The position numbers and the translations under genes were made by a program. Below, piece after piece: positions 39,190 through 49,772 of a stretch of DNA of 56,420 bases. The stretch spans positions 1-56,420 of the forward strand of contig JBCCQQ010000042.1 in assembly GCA_039024555.1 (NCBI GenBank), written 5' to 3'. Below the pieces are notes generated by a model that was not told the origin of the DNA, searched no databases, and was given only the letters and a program-made list of their open reading frames with translations. Each line of letters opens with the position of its first letter. Position 1 is the first letter of the stretch. Origin of the DNA: Cyanobacteria bacterium P01_D01_bin.156. Lineage in GTDB: Bacteria; Cyanobacteriota; Cyanobacteriia; Phormidesmidales; Phormidesmidaceae.

Positions 39190-39873
39190 ATGAACCATTT
39201 TTCAGTTTTAATTCGACTACTGCGCGATCGCAACCAGTTTCTTGACGATATTCGCCACGATGTCAAACTGGAACGAAAAATCTTCTCATTACTCGTCGTC
39301 AGCTGTAGTTTCTTTGCCATTTACGGGGCTATTATTGGCTCTTCTAGCAGCCTGCTACAAATGCTAGCGTCGGCCATTAAGCTACCGGCCCTGTACTTAA
39401 TTACATTAGGTATTTGTCTACCCACCCTCTACTTTTTTGATATTCTCTTTGGCTCAAAGCTCAATTTTCGCCAGTACACGGCCATGCTCATGACCGCTGT
39501 ATCCGTGATCAGCGTGCTGCTATTTAGCTTTGCCCCGGTTGTTCTCTTCTTTCTAATTTCTATTCAGGGATACAACTTCTTCCTGTTGCTTAATGTAGCC
39601 GTCATGGGCTTAACCGGAGTCATTGGTGTGCGGTTGTTTTACCAGGGTATGCGCAAAGTAGTCGGAGCTGATGCCGTCGGAAGTCGTCTGCGCAATCGTT
39701 TGTTACTGGGGTGGTTAGGACTATATGCCCTAGTGGGCTCTCAGCTCGGGTGGACCCTCAGGCCCTTTTTTGGTGCCCCCAATGAACCCTTTCAAGTATT
39801 TCGACCCGAAATTGAAGGGAACTTTTATGCTCAAATTTTTACCAGTCTGTCGTCTTTGCTAGGACTGTATTAG
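39190..39873 (+). CDS. Multi-pass membrane protein (Yip1-like)
   Basis: About 5 TM segments; AIKLPALYL, VGSQLGWTLRPFFG. Confidence 0.8.
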   Translation: MNHFSVLIRLLRDRNQFLDDIRHDVKLERKIFSLLVVSCSFFAIYGAIIGSSSSLLQMLASAIKLPALYLITLGICLPTLYFFDILFGSKLNFRQYTAMLMTAVSVISVLLFSFAPVVLFFLISIQGYNFFLLLNVAVMGLTGVIGVRLFYQGMRKVVGADAVGSRLRNRLLLGWLGLYALVGSQLGWTLRPFFGAPNEPFQVFRPEIEGNFYAQIFTSLSSLLGLY

Positions 39874-39889
39874 CGTGGAGGTATCGGGG

Positions 39890-40582
39890 ATGAGTCATCC
39901 CAATTTTGATAATCTTCGCATTACGAATGGCGATTTAGATGAGCTAACGGGGCTAGATATTAGCCCCCTGTCCATGGGATGGGCCACTCGGTTGTCCCTG
40001 TTTCAAACCCCAAAACTGCGGTGGAGCTGGCTGCTAAACCAAGGGCTTGTACTGGCAGTTACCTTAGTTCTATGGTTGCCAGTCTGCTTAGTACTGGGGC
40101 GCAGCTGGTCGAGCCAACCACTGGTACTGTTTATGGGGCTGGGAACCGCAGGTGCGATCGCTACCACCGTAACCTACGGTTTCTATGGCATCCACAAAGG
40201 TCGTAAGCTCAGGGTGCTTAATCATCTGTTAGATCAGGTAGACCGTTTTAACGAAATGATTACAGCGGTGGAAATTCTTGAAGAATTACGCCAGGCCGAC
40301 GCTAGCTCTAAGCAGCTGTCCTTAGACAATCCAGAGGCTGTTAAAGAAGCCCTACACCTAACCCGTGAGAGCCTAGTGTGCGGCCTGATGAGCGATAAAA
40401 TTATGCGCAAACATCAGCGGTTCATTGCTCGTCGCCATGAGTTGTTTACCAGCATTGAAACCAACCTATCAAACTTGCAAACACTCCAAGCATCAGACCT
40501 AGCAGGGGACTATGGACAGCTTTTAAACGAAGCTCTAAACGTAGGCACCAGCGTTCACCAAGAGTTAAGAAAATTAAGCTAA
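39890..40582 (+). CDS. Hypothetical 2-TM protein with helical C-terminal domain
   Basis: Follows the previous gene by 16 nt; two hydrophobic segments. Confidence 0.75.
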   Translation: MSHPNFDNLRITNGDLDELTGLDISPLSMGWATRLSLFQTPKLRWSWLLNQGLVLAVTLVLWLPVCLVLGRSWSSQPLVLFMGLGTAGAIATTVTYGFYGIHKGRKLRVLNHLLDQVDRFNEMITAVEILEELRQADASSKQLSLDNPEAVKEALHLTRESLVCGLMSDKIMRKHQRFIARRHELFTSIETNLSNLQTLQASDLAGDYGQLLNEALNVGTSVHQELRKLS

Positions 40583-40766
40583 AATCAGCCCACAACGTTT
40601 CTTTAAATCTTTGGAATGTAGGCAAATCCACAAAATACAAGGGATTCTGTATTCACTTGTGACTCAACCGGGTAGAGTTTAATTAGAATAGTACACACAT
40701 TTCTATTGCTGTAGCGAAGCTCCTGCCCATAGGGTTCAAAGGACTTCAAGGGTGACCCTTTAGTTT

Positions 40767-42092
40767 ATGAAAAAAACATTCGTCCTCGATACTAACGTGC
40801 TTTTGCACGACCCCAGAGCCATCTATCGCTTCGAGGAGAATGACGTTATCCTGCCCATTGCCACCATTGAAGAGTTAGATCGGTTCAAGAAATCTTTGGA
40901 TGAAACCGGTCGCAATGCCCGTCAGGTATCGCGTGCCCTAGATAAGCTACGCAGTCGGGGGAGTTTAATCGAAGGAATTACCCTAGATGGGGAGGGCACC
41001 TTAAGGGTTTCCCTATGTCACCAGGAGACCTTGGCTTCTTTACCCTTGGAGTTGGAAGGGGACAAAGCAGATAATGAGATTTTAGCCGTAGCGTTAGAAC
41101 ATAAGCATACCTGTGCATGTCCTGTGGTGTTGATTAGTAAAGACACCAACCTGCGGATTAAGGCGGACACTTTGGGAATCGCCGCCGAAGATTATGAAAC
41201 CGACAAAATTGACATTGATGATCTGTATTCTGGTACGGGTGAGTTGTTAGTTCATGCGGATCAGCTTACTGAGCTATTTCGAGGGGGCACCTTAGCGCTA
41301 GAAGGCAAATTCTACCCAAACCAAGCCCTTACCCTAATCGATGTCAACAATCCGGCCCATACCGCACTGGCCATGGTGGATAGCGAGTCAGGTCATATTG
41401 TTCCTCTGCCTAAAATTCCCTATGCGGGTATTTCTCAAATTCACCCTCGCAATCGAGAACAGAAGTTTGCGTTGAATCTGTTACTCAACGACAATATCCC
41501 CCTCGTGACTCTAGTGGGAAAAGCTGGCACAGGTAAAACCCTATTAGCCATTGCGGCTGGTGTGCAAAAAGTGTCTGAAGAGCATGGCTACAGCCGTTTA
41601 CTAATATCTCGCCCGGTTGTTCCCATGGGACGAGATATTGGCTATTTGCCTGGGGATATCAATGAAAAACTCACCCCGTGGATGCAACCCCTGTACGACA
41701 ACTTTGATCTGATTTTTGGCACCCAGGACCCGACTGGTAAACCCGCCCACTGGCGACGGGGACACGAAGAGTTAATGGAGATGGGACTTCTCCAGATTGA
41801 AGCCCTGACATACATCCGAGGTCGTACCCTACCCCAGCAATTTTTAATTGTGGATGAGGCTCAAAATCTGACCCCCCATGAGGTCAAAACAATTTTGACG
41901 CGGGCTGGGGAAGGCACCAAAATAATCCTCACAGGTGATACGGCCCAAATTGATAATCCCTATGTGGATGCAGCAAGTAACGGTCTAACCTATGTGGTAG
42001 AACGCTTTAAGCATGAACCGTTAGCCGGTCATATATTGCTAACCCGTGGTGAGCGCTCGGCCCTGGCAGAACGGTCAACAGAGTTGTTATAA
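40767..42092 (+). CDS. PIN-PhoH (PhoH2-type) protein
   Basis: FVLDTNVLLHDP PIN motif, GKAGTGKT, YIRGRT, VDEAQN, GDTAQID. Confidence 0.95.
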   Translation: MKKTFVLDTNVLLHDPRAIYRFEENDVILPIATIEELDRFKKSLDETGRNARQVSRALDKLRSRGSLIEGITLDGEGTLRVSLCHQETLASLPLELEGDKADNEILAVALEHKHTCACPVVLISKDTNLRIKADTLGIAAEDYETDKIDIDDLYSGTGELLVHADQLTELFRGGTLALEGKFYPNQALTLIDVNNPAHTALAMVDSESGHIVPLPKIPYAGISQIHPRNREQKFALNLLLNDNIPLVTLVGKAGTGKTLLAIAAGVQKVSEEHGYSRLLISRPVVPMGRDIGYLPGDINEKLTPWMQPLYDNFDLIFGTQDPTGKPAHWRRGHEELMEMGLLQIEALTYIRGRTLPQQFLIVDEAQNLTPHEVKTILTRAGEGTKIILTGDTAQIDNPYVDAASNGLTYVVERFKHEPLAGHILLTRGERSALAERSTELL

Positions 42093-42273
42093 CTACTTCT
42101 TGGCAACGCTTTGTCTTCCAGTCGCGCGCCGTGTAGGCCCATGAGATGGGAGGCCCATGAGGTGGGCAAGCTAGACTGGGAGGGTCGCTTGCCAGAATAA
42201 TTTGGCCAGAGGACGTTTACCCTCTGCAGTGGCAACAACCCGGTAAACCTTTAAGACATCTGTTTGATTCACC

Positions 42274-42939
42274 ATGCCAACCCAGCAGGGCGACTATGAA
42301 AATCTACTAGCTCGATGCAGTGACTACCAGGGAGCATTAGCCCTACTTAAGCAACATCGCCCCTATTTAGAGATGTTGCCTAGCATGAGGCGGCCCCAGG
42401 AAAGTATTGTTACAATTCCGCTACCCAATATTAGCCTGCGGCGAACTATAGATCATGCTAGAGGCCCCATTAGTACCCGGAGTGAGGTCGTGTCTCTGCC
42501 CTGTGACTTGGTCATGCTGATGTGTGATCCAGAGTGGAAAATTAAAACCGGTGTGGATGTGATGCTGTTTATTCACCGCCCCAATGAAGACTTTTCAGAA
42601 CTGTTATCTCGCTGGCGACGCACACAAATTTTGCTCTCAGAAAGCTATGAATGGCTAATGCCGATGCAGCACCAACATTTACTCAATGAGGGTTCTGAAC
42701 AACCGTATCCTTTGTTTATTACATTTCCCCAGTCCCCTGAGCGAATTATTCGAGGGCTGAATGGGGCAGGGCTACCGGTGGTGGTTTATACTCCCACCCT
42801 ATGGAGCGATCCAGAAGGGCGTACTGAGTTGGTGCAGCCACCCCAGTTTGATTCAGAAGAACTCACAGATGAAGATGATGATGCGCTGCGGGAGCTCGGC
42901 ATTGATCTTGAATCCATGGACGAGGGTGATCAGGTGTAG
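42274..42939 (+). CDS. Hypothetical protein with acidic tail
   Basis: Operon-like position; LPCDLVMLMCDPEWKIK; native codon usage. Confidence 0.75.
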   Translation: MPTQQGDYENLLARCSDYQGALALLKQHRPYLEMLPSMRRPQESIVTIPLPNISLRRTIDHARGPISTRSEVVSLPCDLVMLMCDPEWKIKTGVDVMLFIHRPNEDFSELLSRWRRTQILLSESYEWLMPMQHQHLLNEGSEQPYPLFITFPQSPERIIRGLNGAGLPVVVYTPTLWSDPEGRTELVQPPQFDSEELTDEDDDALRELGIDLESMDEGDQV

Positions 42940-42941
42940 GC

Positions 42942-44462
42942 TTGATATTGCTGACCGCCAAGCGTAACGTGATTAATGCATTAACAGCCAGAAGCCACAC
43001 GCTTCTAAGGACACCTTGGCTAGCGTTAATCCTCTTAGCCCATGGTATTTACTGGCTGACGGCATTTCCAAATCCAGATGAAGCTTACTATTGGCTCTGG
43101 GGTCAGCATTTAGATTGGTCCTATTATGACCATCCCCCATTCCATGCCTGGGTACAGGGGGCGTTTGCCTGGTTGGGGCATTCTCATTTTGTTCTACGTC
43201 TGCCGACGGTCGTTAGTAATAGTCTTTTTTTTACAGCCTATTGGCACATTGCAAGGCATCTCTACGATAAACGGGCTGAACGGGCTTGGGACATCACCGT
43301 CATTTGTTGTTGGAGCAGCCCCCTTTATTTTTTGTTTTTGACCCTAGCTTGGCAAGATCAGTGGCTGATCGCGTTTGCGCTATGGTCTGCCTATGGGTTT
43401 ATCCGGTTTTTGGATGGAGAGTGGGTCCATGGCCAGGGCCAGAGTCGGTTTCTCTATGGAGCGGCCGTAGCCCTGGGACTAGCAGGGCTATGTAAGTACA
43501 CGGCTGTCTTTATCGGTTTGGCTACCCTAGGCGTCATTGTTTACAAGCCCCAGCTAAGGCATCTACTACGGGATGTCAGACTATATGGTGCAGCTGCGAT
43601 CGCAGCTTTATTTACCCTGCCCATCGTGATTTGGAATCTCCAAAATGACTGGCTTTCTTTTCAGTACTATGTGACCCGTAGCGTTGACGGTGGCGGTGCT
43701 TTCTTGCGCCCCGAAGCAGTTTTATTTTTTTGGCTAACCGCTGCGCTGATTTTATCCCCACCTCTAGTGTGGGCCATGGTCCGTGTTGCGACGGCATTGC
43801 CCCAAACCCAATCGCCCACATATGGACCGATGGCTCTGGGATTATTTCTCATATCTACTGGGGGATTATCCTTGGTAGGGCTGTTTTCCACCGCCCTCTA
43901 CTATTGGAATATTTTGGCCTATTTACTGCTTATCCCCCTAGTGCCGCGCTGGTTCTTGGGGGCCGGTTTAGCAGCAACTCCCCGCCGCACTTGGTTCAGG
44001 GGAACACAAATTTTAGGGACCGTTGTGGCCTGGCTGTTGGTGGTTAACTATTGCCTGGTTCCGATCACGGCTTTCTTTGGGCCAGAGGGCGATCCCGATG
44101 GGCGCATGTCCTTTGGTTGGTATCAGGTGGCCGCTGTGGTAAAAGACTATGCCTCTGACCACAGTTTACTCCTGACCACAGACTATCGTTCCGCCTCTGC
44201 CCTAGCTTATGCCTTGAATGACAAAACAGTTTTAGCCGTGTCTGACCGTATTGATCAGTTTGATGTTTGGGCTCAGTCGCGATCGCTAGTGGGAGAAAAA
44301 GCGCTGGTGCTGGCTGATGATTGGCACCCTTTCATAGACCAGGATTCCCTAAGGTTGGAACCCGGCTGGCAACAGATCGCGACCATTCCAGTGCAGCGAT
44401 TTGGCATAAAAATCAAGGACTACTATTTGTATTCAGGTGTGGTTGAAAGGGCATCAGCATAA
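42942..44462 (+). CDS. GT39/ArnT-like membrane glycosyltransferase
   Basis: PDEAYYWLW, YYDHPP, GLCKYTA, many TMs; start may be GTG 42969. Confidence 0.88.
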   Translation: MILLTAKRNVINALTARSHTLLRTPWLALILLAHGIYWLTAFPNPDEAYYWLWGQHLDWSYYDHPPFHAWVQGAFAWLGHSHFVLRLPTVVSNSLFFTAYWHIARHLYDKRAERAWDITVICCWSSPLYFLFLTLAWQDQWLIAFALWSAYGFIRFLDGEWVHGQGQSRFLYGAAVALGLAGLCKYTAVFIGLATLGVIVYKPQLRHLLRDVRLYGAAAIAALFTLPIVIWNLQNDWLSFQYYVTRSVDGGGAFLRPEAVLFFWLTAALILSPPLVWAMVRVATALPQTQSPTYGPMALGLFLISTGGLSLVGLFSTALYYWNILAYLLLIPLVPRWFLGAGLAATPRRTWFRGTQILGTVVAWLLVVNYCLVPITAFFGPEGDPDGRMSFGWYQVAAVVKDYASDHSLLLTTDYRSASALAYALNDKTVLAVSDRIDQFDVWAQSRSLVGEKALVLADDWHPFIDQDSLRLEPGWQQIATIPVQRFGIKIKDYYLYSGVVERASA

Positions 44463-44486
44463 AGGAGAGTGATTTTCCCAGGAAAC

Positions 44487-44545
44487 TAGAATTCGGAGTT
44501 AGGAATTCGAAGTTTTGCTAATTTCCGCCTTCCGCCTTCCGAATT
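44487..44545. repeat. Heptameric STRR-like repeats in inverted arrangement
   Basis: aattcgg agttagg aattcga ... ttccgcc ttccgcc ttccgaa. Confidence 0.5.
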
Positions 44546-44638
44546 TTTTCCTAGCCAAGATTTTCCGGCTTAAATTGATACCTGTTGTCAATGCAGAATG
44601 ATCCGTTATGGTGGTGCAACCACAAGGGATGGCCCCTA

Positions 44639-45298
44639 CTAGCTGCCTTCAATGCCTGCCTGATGCTCACATTTAAAGCCCTGCTGTCGCCATTGTTCTA
44701 AATCTACGGATGCTAACGGCATCAATCGAGGACAGGTAGGCTTGTATACCTGGGCAACAACAGCCCAAAGTACAGCACGAGTAATATCTAAAGAGGTTTT
44801 CAGGAGACTTTCTTGATTACCAGGCACGCCTGCTTCGTCAATCACTAGGGGCGTCACCCAAATGCCCTGGGCACCCAACAGGATCCGGGCTAGGGCAACG
44901 GCACGGAAAGTGTGGCTACCAGAGGTTATCAAGGTAACGTGGCGCGCCTGCCACTGTTTTAGGATAGGCGCTGAATACACAAAATTACCAAATGTGGATT
45001 GGGCACAGTGTTCTAACCAAACCTGCTCTAGAGAGGCGTCTGCTTGTTCAAATAACAAACGGATACAGGGATCCATAGAGCCCGATGAGATCAAAATGGG
45101 GGGCGGTTTAGGAGCTTGGCTAGCCAGCTGGGCCATGTGTATTTCGCGACGAATACTTCCACCTAGCACCAGGTAAGCATCCGTAGCCTTGTGACTGGCG
45201 TTCCACAGATTAAAGACGATGGCAGACACCATGATAGTGACTGCAACCAATAGGCCCAGCACCATGGGCTTAACCCATCTTTTTAGCAACCTAAGCAT
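44639..45298 (-). CDS. YdcF/DUF218 family protein
   Basis: LVLGG, ILISSG, AQSTFGN, LITSGSH..RA. Confidence 0.85.
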   Translation of the reverse strand: MLRLLKRWVKPMVLGLLVAVTIMVSAIVFNLWNASHKATDAYLVLGGSIRREIHMAQLASQAPKPPPILISSGSMDPCIRLLFEQADASLEQVWLEHCAQSTFGNFVYSAPILKQWQARHVTLITSGSHTFRAVALARILLGAQGIWVTPLVIDEAGVPGNQESLLKTSLDITRAVLWAVVAQVYKPTCPRLMPLASVDLEQWRQQGFKCEHQAGIEGS

Positions 45299-45722
45299 AG
45301 GCAGTTATATTCGCTTATTTTCGCTGGGGTGTTCCGTAAATATACGCCTGCAGTTAGCGGTGGGAGAGCCTATCCTTATGGCTAGACTGATAAGCGTCCG
45401 AAAGCCTAGAATCTAGGTAGATTAAGGCCATATTGAAGACCTGCATTCTCCCCTTGCAAGCTGAGATAGGCAATTTTTCACATTCACAAAAAATAAGGTT
45501 TGGATAAAGATCCCATACGTTTATGCAATTTCATCATTTACTGCGCTAGATTTGAGACCAGTATTTATGCTGAATAAACTTGATGTATCGGGGTCCATTC
45601 TTAATCTTTAACGGTCCTCATTCGTAATTTCTAGGTCGATTCTACTGGCGTATTTCTAGATTTACATTTGGACGCTTACTTCGTTTTCCGACGTCCCGCT
45701 AATTTCTGCCGCAACCGTTTCA

Positions 45723-47057
45723 ATGAAAACTACTACAGGGTTTCTTCGTTCAACTGGCGCGATCGCAACGATTATTTTAGCACCTGTATTTTTACCTTCA
45801 CTGCCAGCGGAGGCATCATTTACGGATGGACCCAAGGCAGTTTTGGATGAAGCCTGGCAGATTGTTTATCGCGAGTATGTTGATAACTCGTTTAACCGCA
45901 CAGACTGGATAGAAGTACGGCAGGAGCTCCTGGGGCAAAGCTATACATCTCGCCAGGCGGCCTATGGTGAACTACGCCGTGCCCTACGACGGTTGGACGA
46001 TCCCTACACTCGCTTTTTGAGTCCGAACCAATATTCTGAACTGACGGATCAGACCTCTGGTGAAGTATCCGGTGTGGGGTTGCGATTGAGACGGGATCGC
46101 GCGGTAGGGACTATTGTCGTTACCGATGTACTACGTGATTCTCCTGCGGCCGCTGCCGGACTGGACGTGGGCGATCGCATCTTGATGATCGATGGCCGCT
46201 CCACCGATTTTATGAGTTCAGAGAGTGCCTCCCAGCTACTAAGGGGTGAGGCAGATACCCAGGTAACCCTCAGTATTGAAAAGGATAGTGCAGGCGCATC
46301 AGAAACGATCGTCATGTCGCGTGCCCGTTTAGAGGTGCAAACAGTAACGGCGAAGCTGGAAGTCAAAGATGGCATTAGTGTCGGCTACATCCGCTTGGAC
46401 GAATTTAGTGCCCATGCGGCCGAACAAATGGAGTCAGCCATCGCTGATTTGACCCGTGAGGGGGCCGAAGCATTTGTCCTAGATTTGCGAGACAATCCAG
46501 GCGGACTGTTGCAGGCCAGTATTGATATTAGCCGCATGTGGCTGAGACGGGGCCCCATTGTACGCACCGTGGATCGCAGCGGCGACACAGAACAAATTTC
46601 AGCCAATCGTACCCATCTCACTGAGTTACCCATGGCCATTCTAGTCAATGGAGAATCCGCCAGCTCCAGCGAGATTTTGACCGGTGCCCTGGGGGATAAC
46701 GACCGGGCTATTGTTGTAGGTAGCACCACATTTGGTAAAGCCCTTGTTCAGGCACTCCACGGTCTTTCCGATGGGTCTGGCATTGCCGTAACGGTAGCCC
46801 ATTACTACACACCCAACGGTACAGACATTAGTAAACGAGGAATTACCCCCGATATCCAGGTTGAACTGTCTTCGGATCAGCGCAGTAATTTAGCTAATAA
46901 TCCAGATTTAGTCGGGACTGCTAACGATCCCCAATTTTCTGAAGCCGTGTCTGCTCTGGCTACTGAAGTGGCGTCTGTGCGACAGCGACGGCGACTGACA
47001 ACAACGTCGACTGTCACACCCACACCGCAGCTGGGCAGACTAACCCCACTGCAGTAG
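45723..47057 (+). CDS. Carboxyl-terminal processing protease (S41, CtpB-like)
   Basis: LDDPYTRF, PDZ, LDLRDNPGG, SASSSEI, TFGK, GITPD. Confidence 0.93.
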   Translation: MKTTTGFLRSTGAIATIILAPVFLPSLPAEASFTDGPKAVLDEAWQIVYREYVDNSFNRTDWIEVRQELLGQSYTSRQAAYGELRRALRRLDDPYTRFLSPNQYSELTDQTSGEVSGVGLRLRRDRAVGTIVVTDVLRDSPAAAAGLDVGDRILMIDGRSTDFMSSESASQLLRGEADTQVTLSIEKDSAGASETIVMSRARLEVQTVTAKLEVKDGISVGYIRLDEFSAHAAEQMESAIADLTREGAEAFVLDLRDNPGGLLQASIDISRMWLRRGPIVRTVDRSGDTEQISANRTHLTELPMAILVNGESASSSEILTGALGDNDRAIVVGSTTFGKALVQALHGLSDGSGIAVTVAHYYTPNGTDISKRGITPDIQVELSSDQRSNLANNPDLVGTANDPQFSEAVSALATEVASVRQRRRLTTTSTVTPTPQLGRLTPLQ

Positions 47058-47104
47058 CTATGGAAAAGATTTAATGACTAACGTTACGGCGCTTTAGGTA
47101 TTTA

Positions 47105-48844
47105 TTAGTCATTTAAGTGATGGCGGGAAAAACTGTAGATACGTTGAGTGCTCAGCCGCTCTCCGATGATTTGTGGAGACTGCCAACCAAAGATTTGCCG
47201 ATTTAAGCCTACCTGGAGTGTGGTGAATGGATCGGTTCCGTTCGCGATCAATAAATCTAACTCTTCGAGATCTGGCCATTGAATTAGCTGTTCCAGCAAA
47301 TTCGAAAGTCCACGACGATAGTCACTATCAGGTTGTCGGTACCAATCCCCCTTCACCGGTTCCGCCAACCCCAAGTTGACAATCAAGGCCTGGGGACTAA
47401 ACAATGCAACAGCAATGGAACGGGCCTCTTCCTGAAGCAAAAAACCAGCACCGTGGGCCAGTTCTCGCAACCGGTTCACCGTTTCATGGCGTTGGGCTGA
47501 GGGCAACGGAGCTGACCAATGCAGCGCTAAGGTTGCCAAGTAGGATTGCAGGAGCAAATGACCTAGCTTCTGCGCCTTAGTGGATAGATAGTCAAAATTG
47601 TAGGTGTTGGCTTCAATCAACAGGGGCAACCGGTCCACCATTTCTAGACCATACCCCTTGAGACCGGCAATTTTCCGAGGGTTGTTGGTGATTAACTTAA
47701 ACTGATTGACCCCCAAATCATTCAAAATTTGGGCACCAATGCCGTAGTTGCGCTGGTCCGCCGGAAGTCCTAACTTTTCGTTAGCCTCTACGGTGTCGAA
47801 CCCCATATCCTGCAGAGAGTAGGCCTTAAGCTTATTGACCAAACCAATACCCCGCCCTTCTTGTCGCAGGTACACCACTACACCGGTACCCGCATTTTCC
47901 AGCATTTTGAGGGCGGTTTGTAGCTGCAGACGACAGTCACATCGCAGGGAACCTAAGGCATCCCCGGTTAAACATTCTGAATGCACCCGCACCATTACAG
48001 GGTGGTCCTTAAATGTAGTTGGATCTCCCTTAACAATGGCAACATGTTCAGAGTTATCCAGCAGGTTGCGATAGGCGTAAATTTTAAATTGACCAAACTG
48101 GGTGGGTAACTCCGCGACGGCCTCCCGTTTGACCAAACGCTCATGACGCAGCCGATAGCTGATCAAATCGGCAATGCTAATTAGCTTTAGACCATGGGTT
48201 TGGGCATAGTCAATTAATTCAGGCAGGCGGGCCATGGAACCATCTGCATTCTGAATTTCACAAATGACACTGGCAGGATACAGCCTCGCCAGCTTTGACA
48301 AATCCACCCCTGCTTCAGTGTGACCCGCTCGTTTGAGGACACCCCCCTTCTTGGCTCGCAAGGGAAAGATGTGTCCTGGGCGTCGCAAATCCTGGGGAGT
48401 GGCCTCTGGATTAATCGCTACCTGAATAGTGCGGGCTCGATCCTCTGCCGAAATTCCTGTCGTTACTCCCCAGGCAAGACTGGCATCAACACTAACCGTA
48501 AAAGCTGTTTGTTCGTTTTCATCCTCAAAACCATTACCACTTACCATGAGGGGCAAATCCAGTTCATCCAAACGCTCCCCGGTCATGGCCAAGCAAATCA
48601 ATCCCCGTGCTTCCACGGCCATAAAATTGATCATATCGGGGGTGGCAAACTGGGCTGCACACACCACATCCCCCTCGTTTTCACGATTTTCATCATCAAC
48701 AACGACAATAGCTTTTCCAGCTGCTAAATCTGCTAGGGCCGCATCGACACTATCAAACTCAAAATTAGCCAGCTTTTGCTCCAACGTCTGCTCTGTAGAG
48801 GATTGAGACGATAAAGAAGATGGCGGATTAATGTTGGCGACCAC
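47105..48844 (-). CDS. ribBA: Bifunctional DHBP synthase / GTP cyclohydrolase II
   Basis: DDENRENEGD, RAGHTE, RVHSECLTGD..GSLRCDC, RQEGRGIG, TNNPRK. Confidence 0.96.
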   Translation of the reverse strand: MVANINPPSSLSSQSSTEQTLEQKLANFEFDSVDAALADLAAGKAIVVVDDENRENEGDVVCAAQFATPDMINFMAVEARGLICLAMTGERLDELDLPLMVSGNGFEDENEQTAFTVSVDASLAWGVTTGISAEDRARTIQVAINPEATPQDLRRPGHIFPLRAKKGGVLKRAGHTEAGVDLSKLARLYPASVICEIQNADGSMARLPELIDYAQTHGLKLISIADLISYRLRHERLVKREAVAELPTQFGQFKIYAYRNLLDNSEHVAIVKGDPTTFKDHPVMVRVHSECLTGDALGSLRCDCRLQLQTALKMLENAGTGVVVYLRQEGRGIGLVNKLKAYSLQDMGFDTVEANEKLGLPADQRNYGIGAQILNDLGVNQFKLITNNPRKIAGLKGYGLEMVDRLPLLIEANTYNFDYLSTKAQKLGHLLLQSYLATLALHWSAPLPSAQRHETVNRLRELAHGAGFLLQEEARSIAVALFSPQALIVNLGLAEPVKGDWYRQPDSDYRRGLSNLLEQLIQWPDLEELDLLIANGTDPFTTLQVGLNRQIFGWQSPQIIGERLSTQRIYSFSRHHLND

Positions 48845-48945
48845 GAACTTGTACCTACTGACTTGTTGTCGACTGCCAATAGATTGTAGTGGTTTATTTT
48901 TTATGTTGCCGGAGGAAATATCGCCTCCGGGGTCCTATATGAACC

Positions 48946-48987
48946 GTCTCAACAAGGGGCGAGCGGCCGCTCGCCCCTTGTTGAGAC
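48946..48987. repeat. Perfect 42-bp palindrome
   Basis: gtctcaacaaggggcgagcggccgctcgccccttgttgagac equals its own reverse complement. Confidence 0.9.
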
Positions 48988-48988
48988 T

Positions 48989-49333
48989 CTATTGAGAATC
49001 CTGTAGAGGGTCAATCAAAACAATGGGATGGCGAGACGGATCCTTCTGACCACTTTGTTCTCCCATAATTCGCCCTGACTGCTCTGGATCAAAATTGTGG
49101 CTAAAATCTTGCCAAACGCCATCGTGTTCCTTTTCCAAAGAAAGAATGGACCGATTTAGCTGATTTAATTCATCCTTTTGCTGCTGATAGTGGGGCAGCA
49201 GTCTAGCAATGGTAGATGCTGCTACAACTCCTAGCAAAATATTGACGGTGAGTTTGACTGTAGACTCCAGCATTAAGGACTGTTGTGCTTTTCCCCTAAT
49301 GGTCAAGATTTTTTTGGAACGAGTCATTGCCAT
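48989..49333 (-). CDS. TM + coiled-coil protein (FtsL/DivIC-like, putative cell-division protein)
   Basis: KLTVNILLGVVA..RLLPHY, coiled coil; sits next to psaM. Confidence 0.6.
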   Translation of the reverse strand: MAMTRSKKILTIRGKAQQSLMLESTVKLTVNILLGVVAASTIARLLPHYQQQKDELNQLNRSILSLEKEHDGVWQDFSHNFDPEQSGRIMGEQSGQKDPSRHPIVLIDPLQDSQ

Positions 49334-49433
49334 ATTCCCAGCAAGTACCGGAGCTATGCATCAGTTTGCCCCATTATGGAGCTTCTTGATTAATTTAGGG
49401 AATAACTTTCCACATTTCCAAAAAAATTCACAC

Positions 49434-49476
49434 AGATAGCCTGCGCTATGTGTACCGTACATAACGCAGGCTATCT
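49434..49476. terminator. Stem-loop downstream of psaM
   Basis: agatagcctgcg...cgcaggctatct, 12-bp outer stem. Confidence 0.5.
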
Positions 49477-49676
49477 TTAACGGCTTTAGACACGTACAAA
49501 ACTAGTGGCTGGTGCACTGCGGTACTGCAGCACATAAAAAAAACAGCGTGAGGCTCGGGGCACTCAACGCTGCTTGTATCATTGCTTAAAAAATATTGGT
49601 TAATCCGGGGCTAAATTAGCTTCGCAAAGCAGAAAGCCAAATACCCCAATGACTCGAATGCGCTGATATGAATGCT

Positions 49677-49772
49677 CTACTTGTATAGTTCGGTGCCCAG
49701 ACGTAGCGCCAAAACACCAGGGACTAAAGCAATTAGCAAAGCGATGATGATTTGAGTGTCGGATAAAGCCAT
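49677..49772 (-). CDS. psaM: Photosystem I subunit XII
   Basis: Manual translation [31 protein letters not shown] (31 aa); absent from the ORF track. Confidence 0.96.
   Translation of the reverse strand: MALSDTQIIIALLIALVPGVLALRLGTELYK

Noticed and set aside
42135..42166. 16-bp tandem duplication (aggcccatgagatggg/aggcccatgaggtggg), and the 8-bp gcgctagg tandem near 50991-51019
   Set aside because: Only two or three copies; consistent with local slippage, with no evidence of function
48845..48988. FMN riboswitch upstream of ribBA
   Set aside because: No RFN consensus segments; the space is short and occupied by a palindrome
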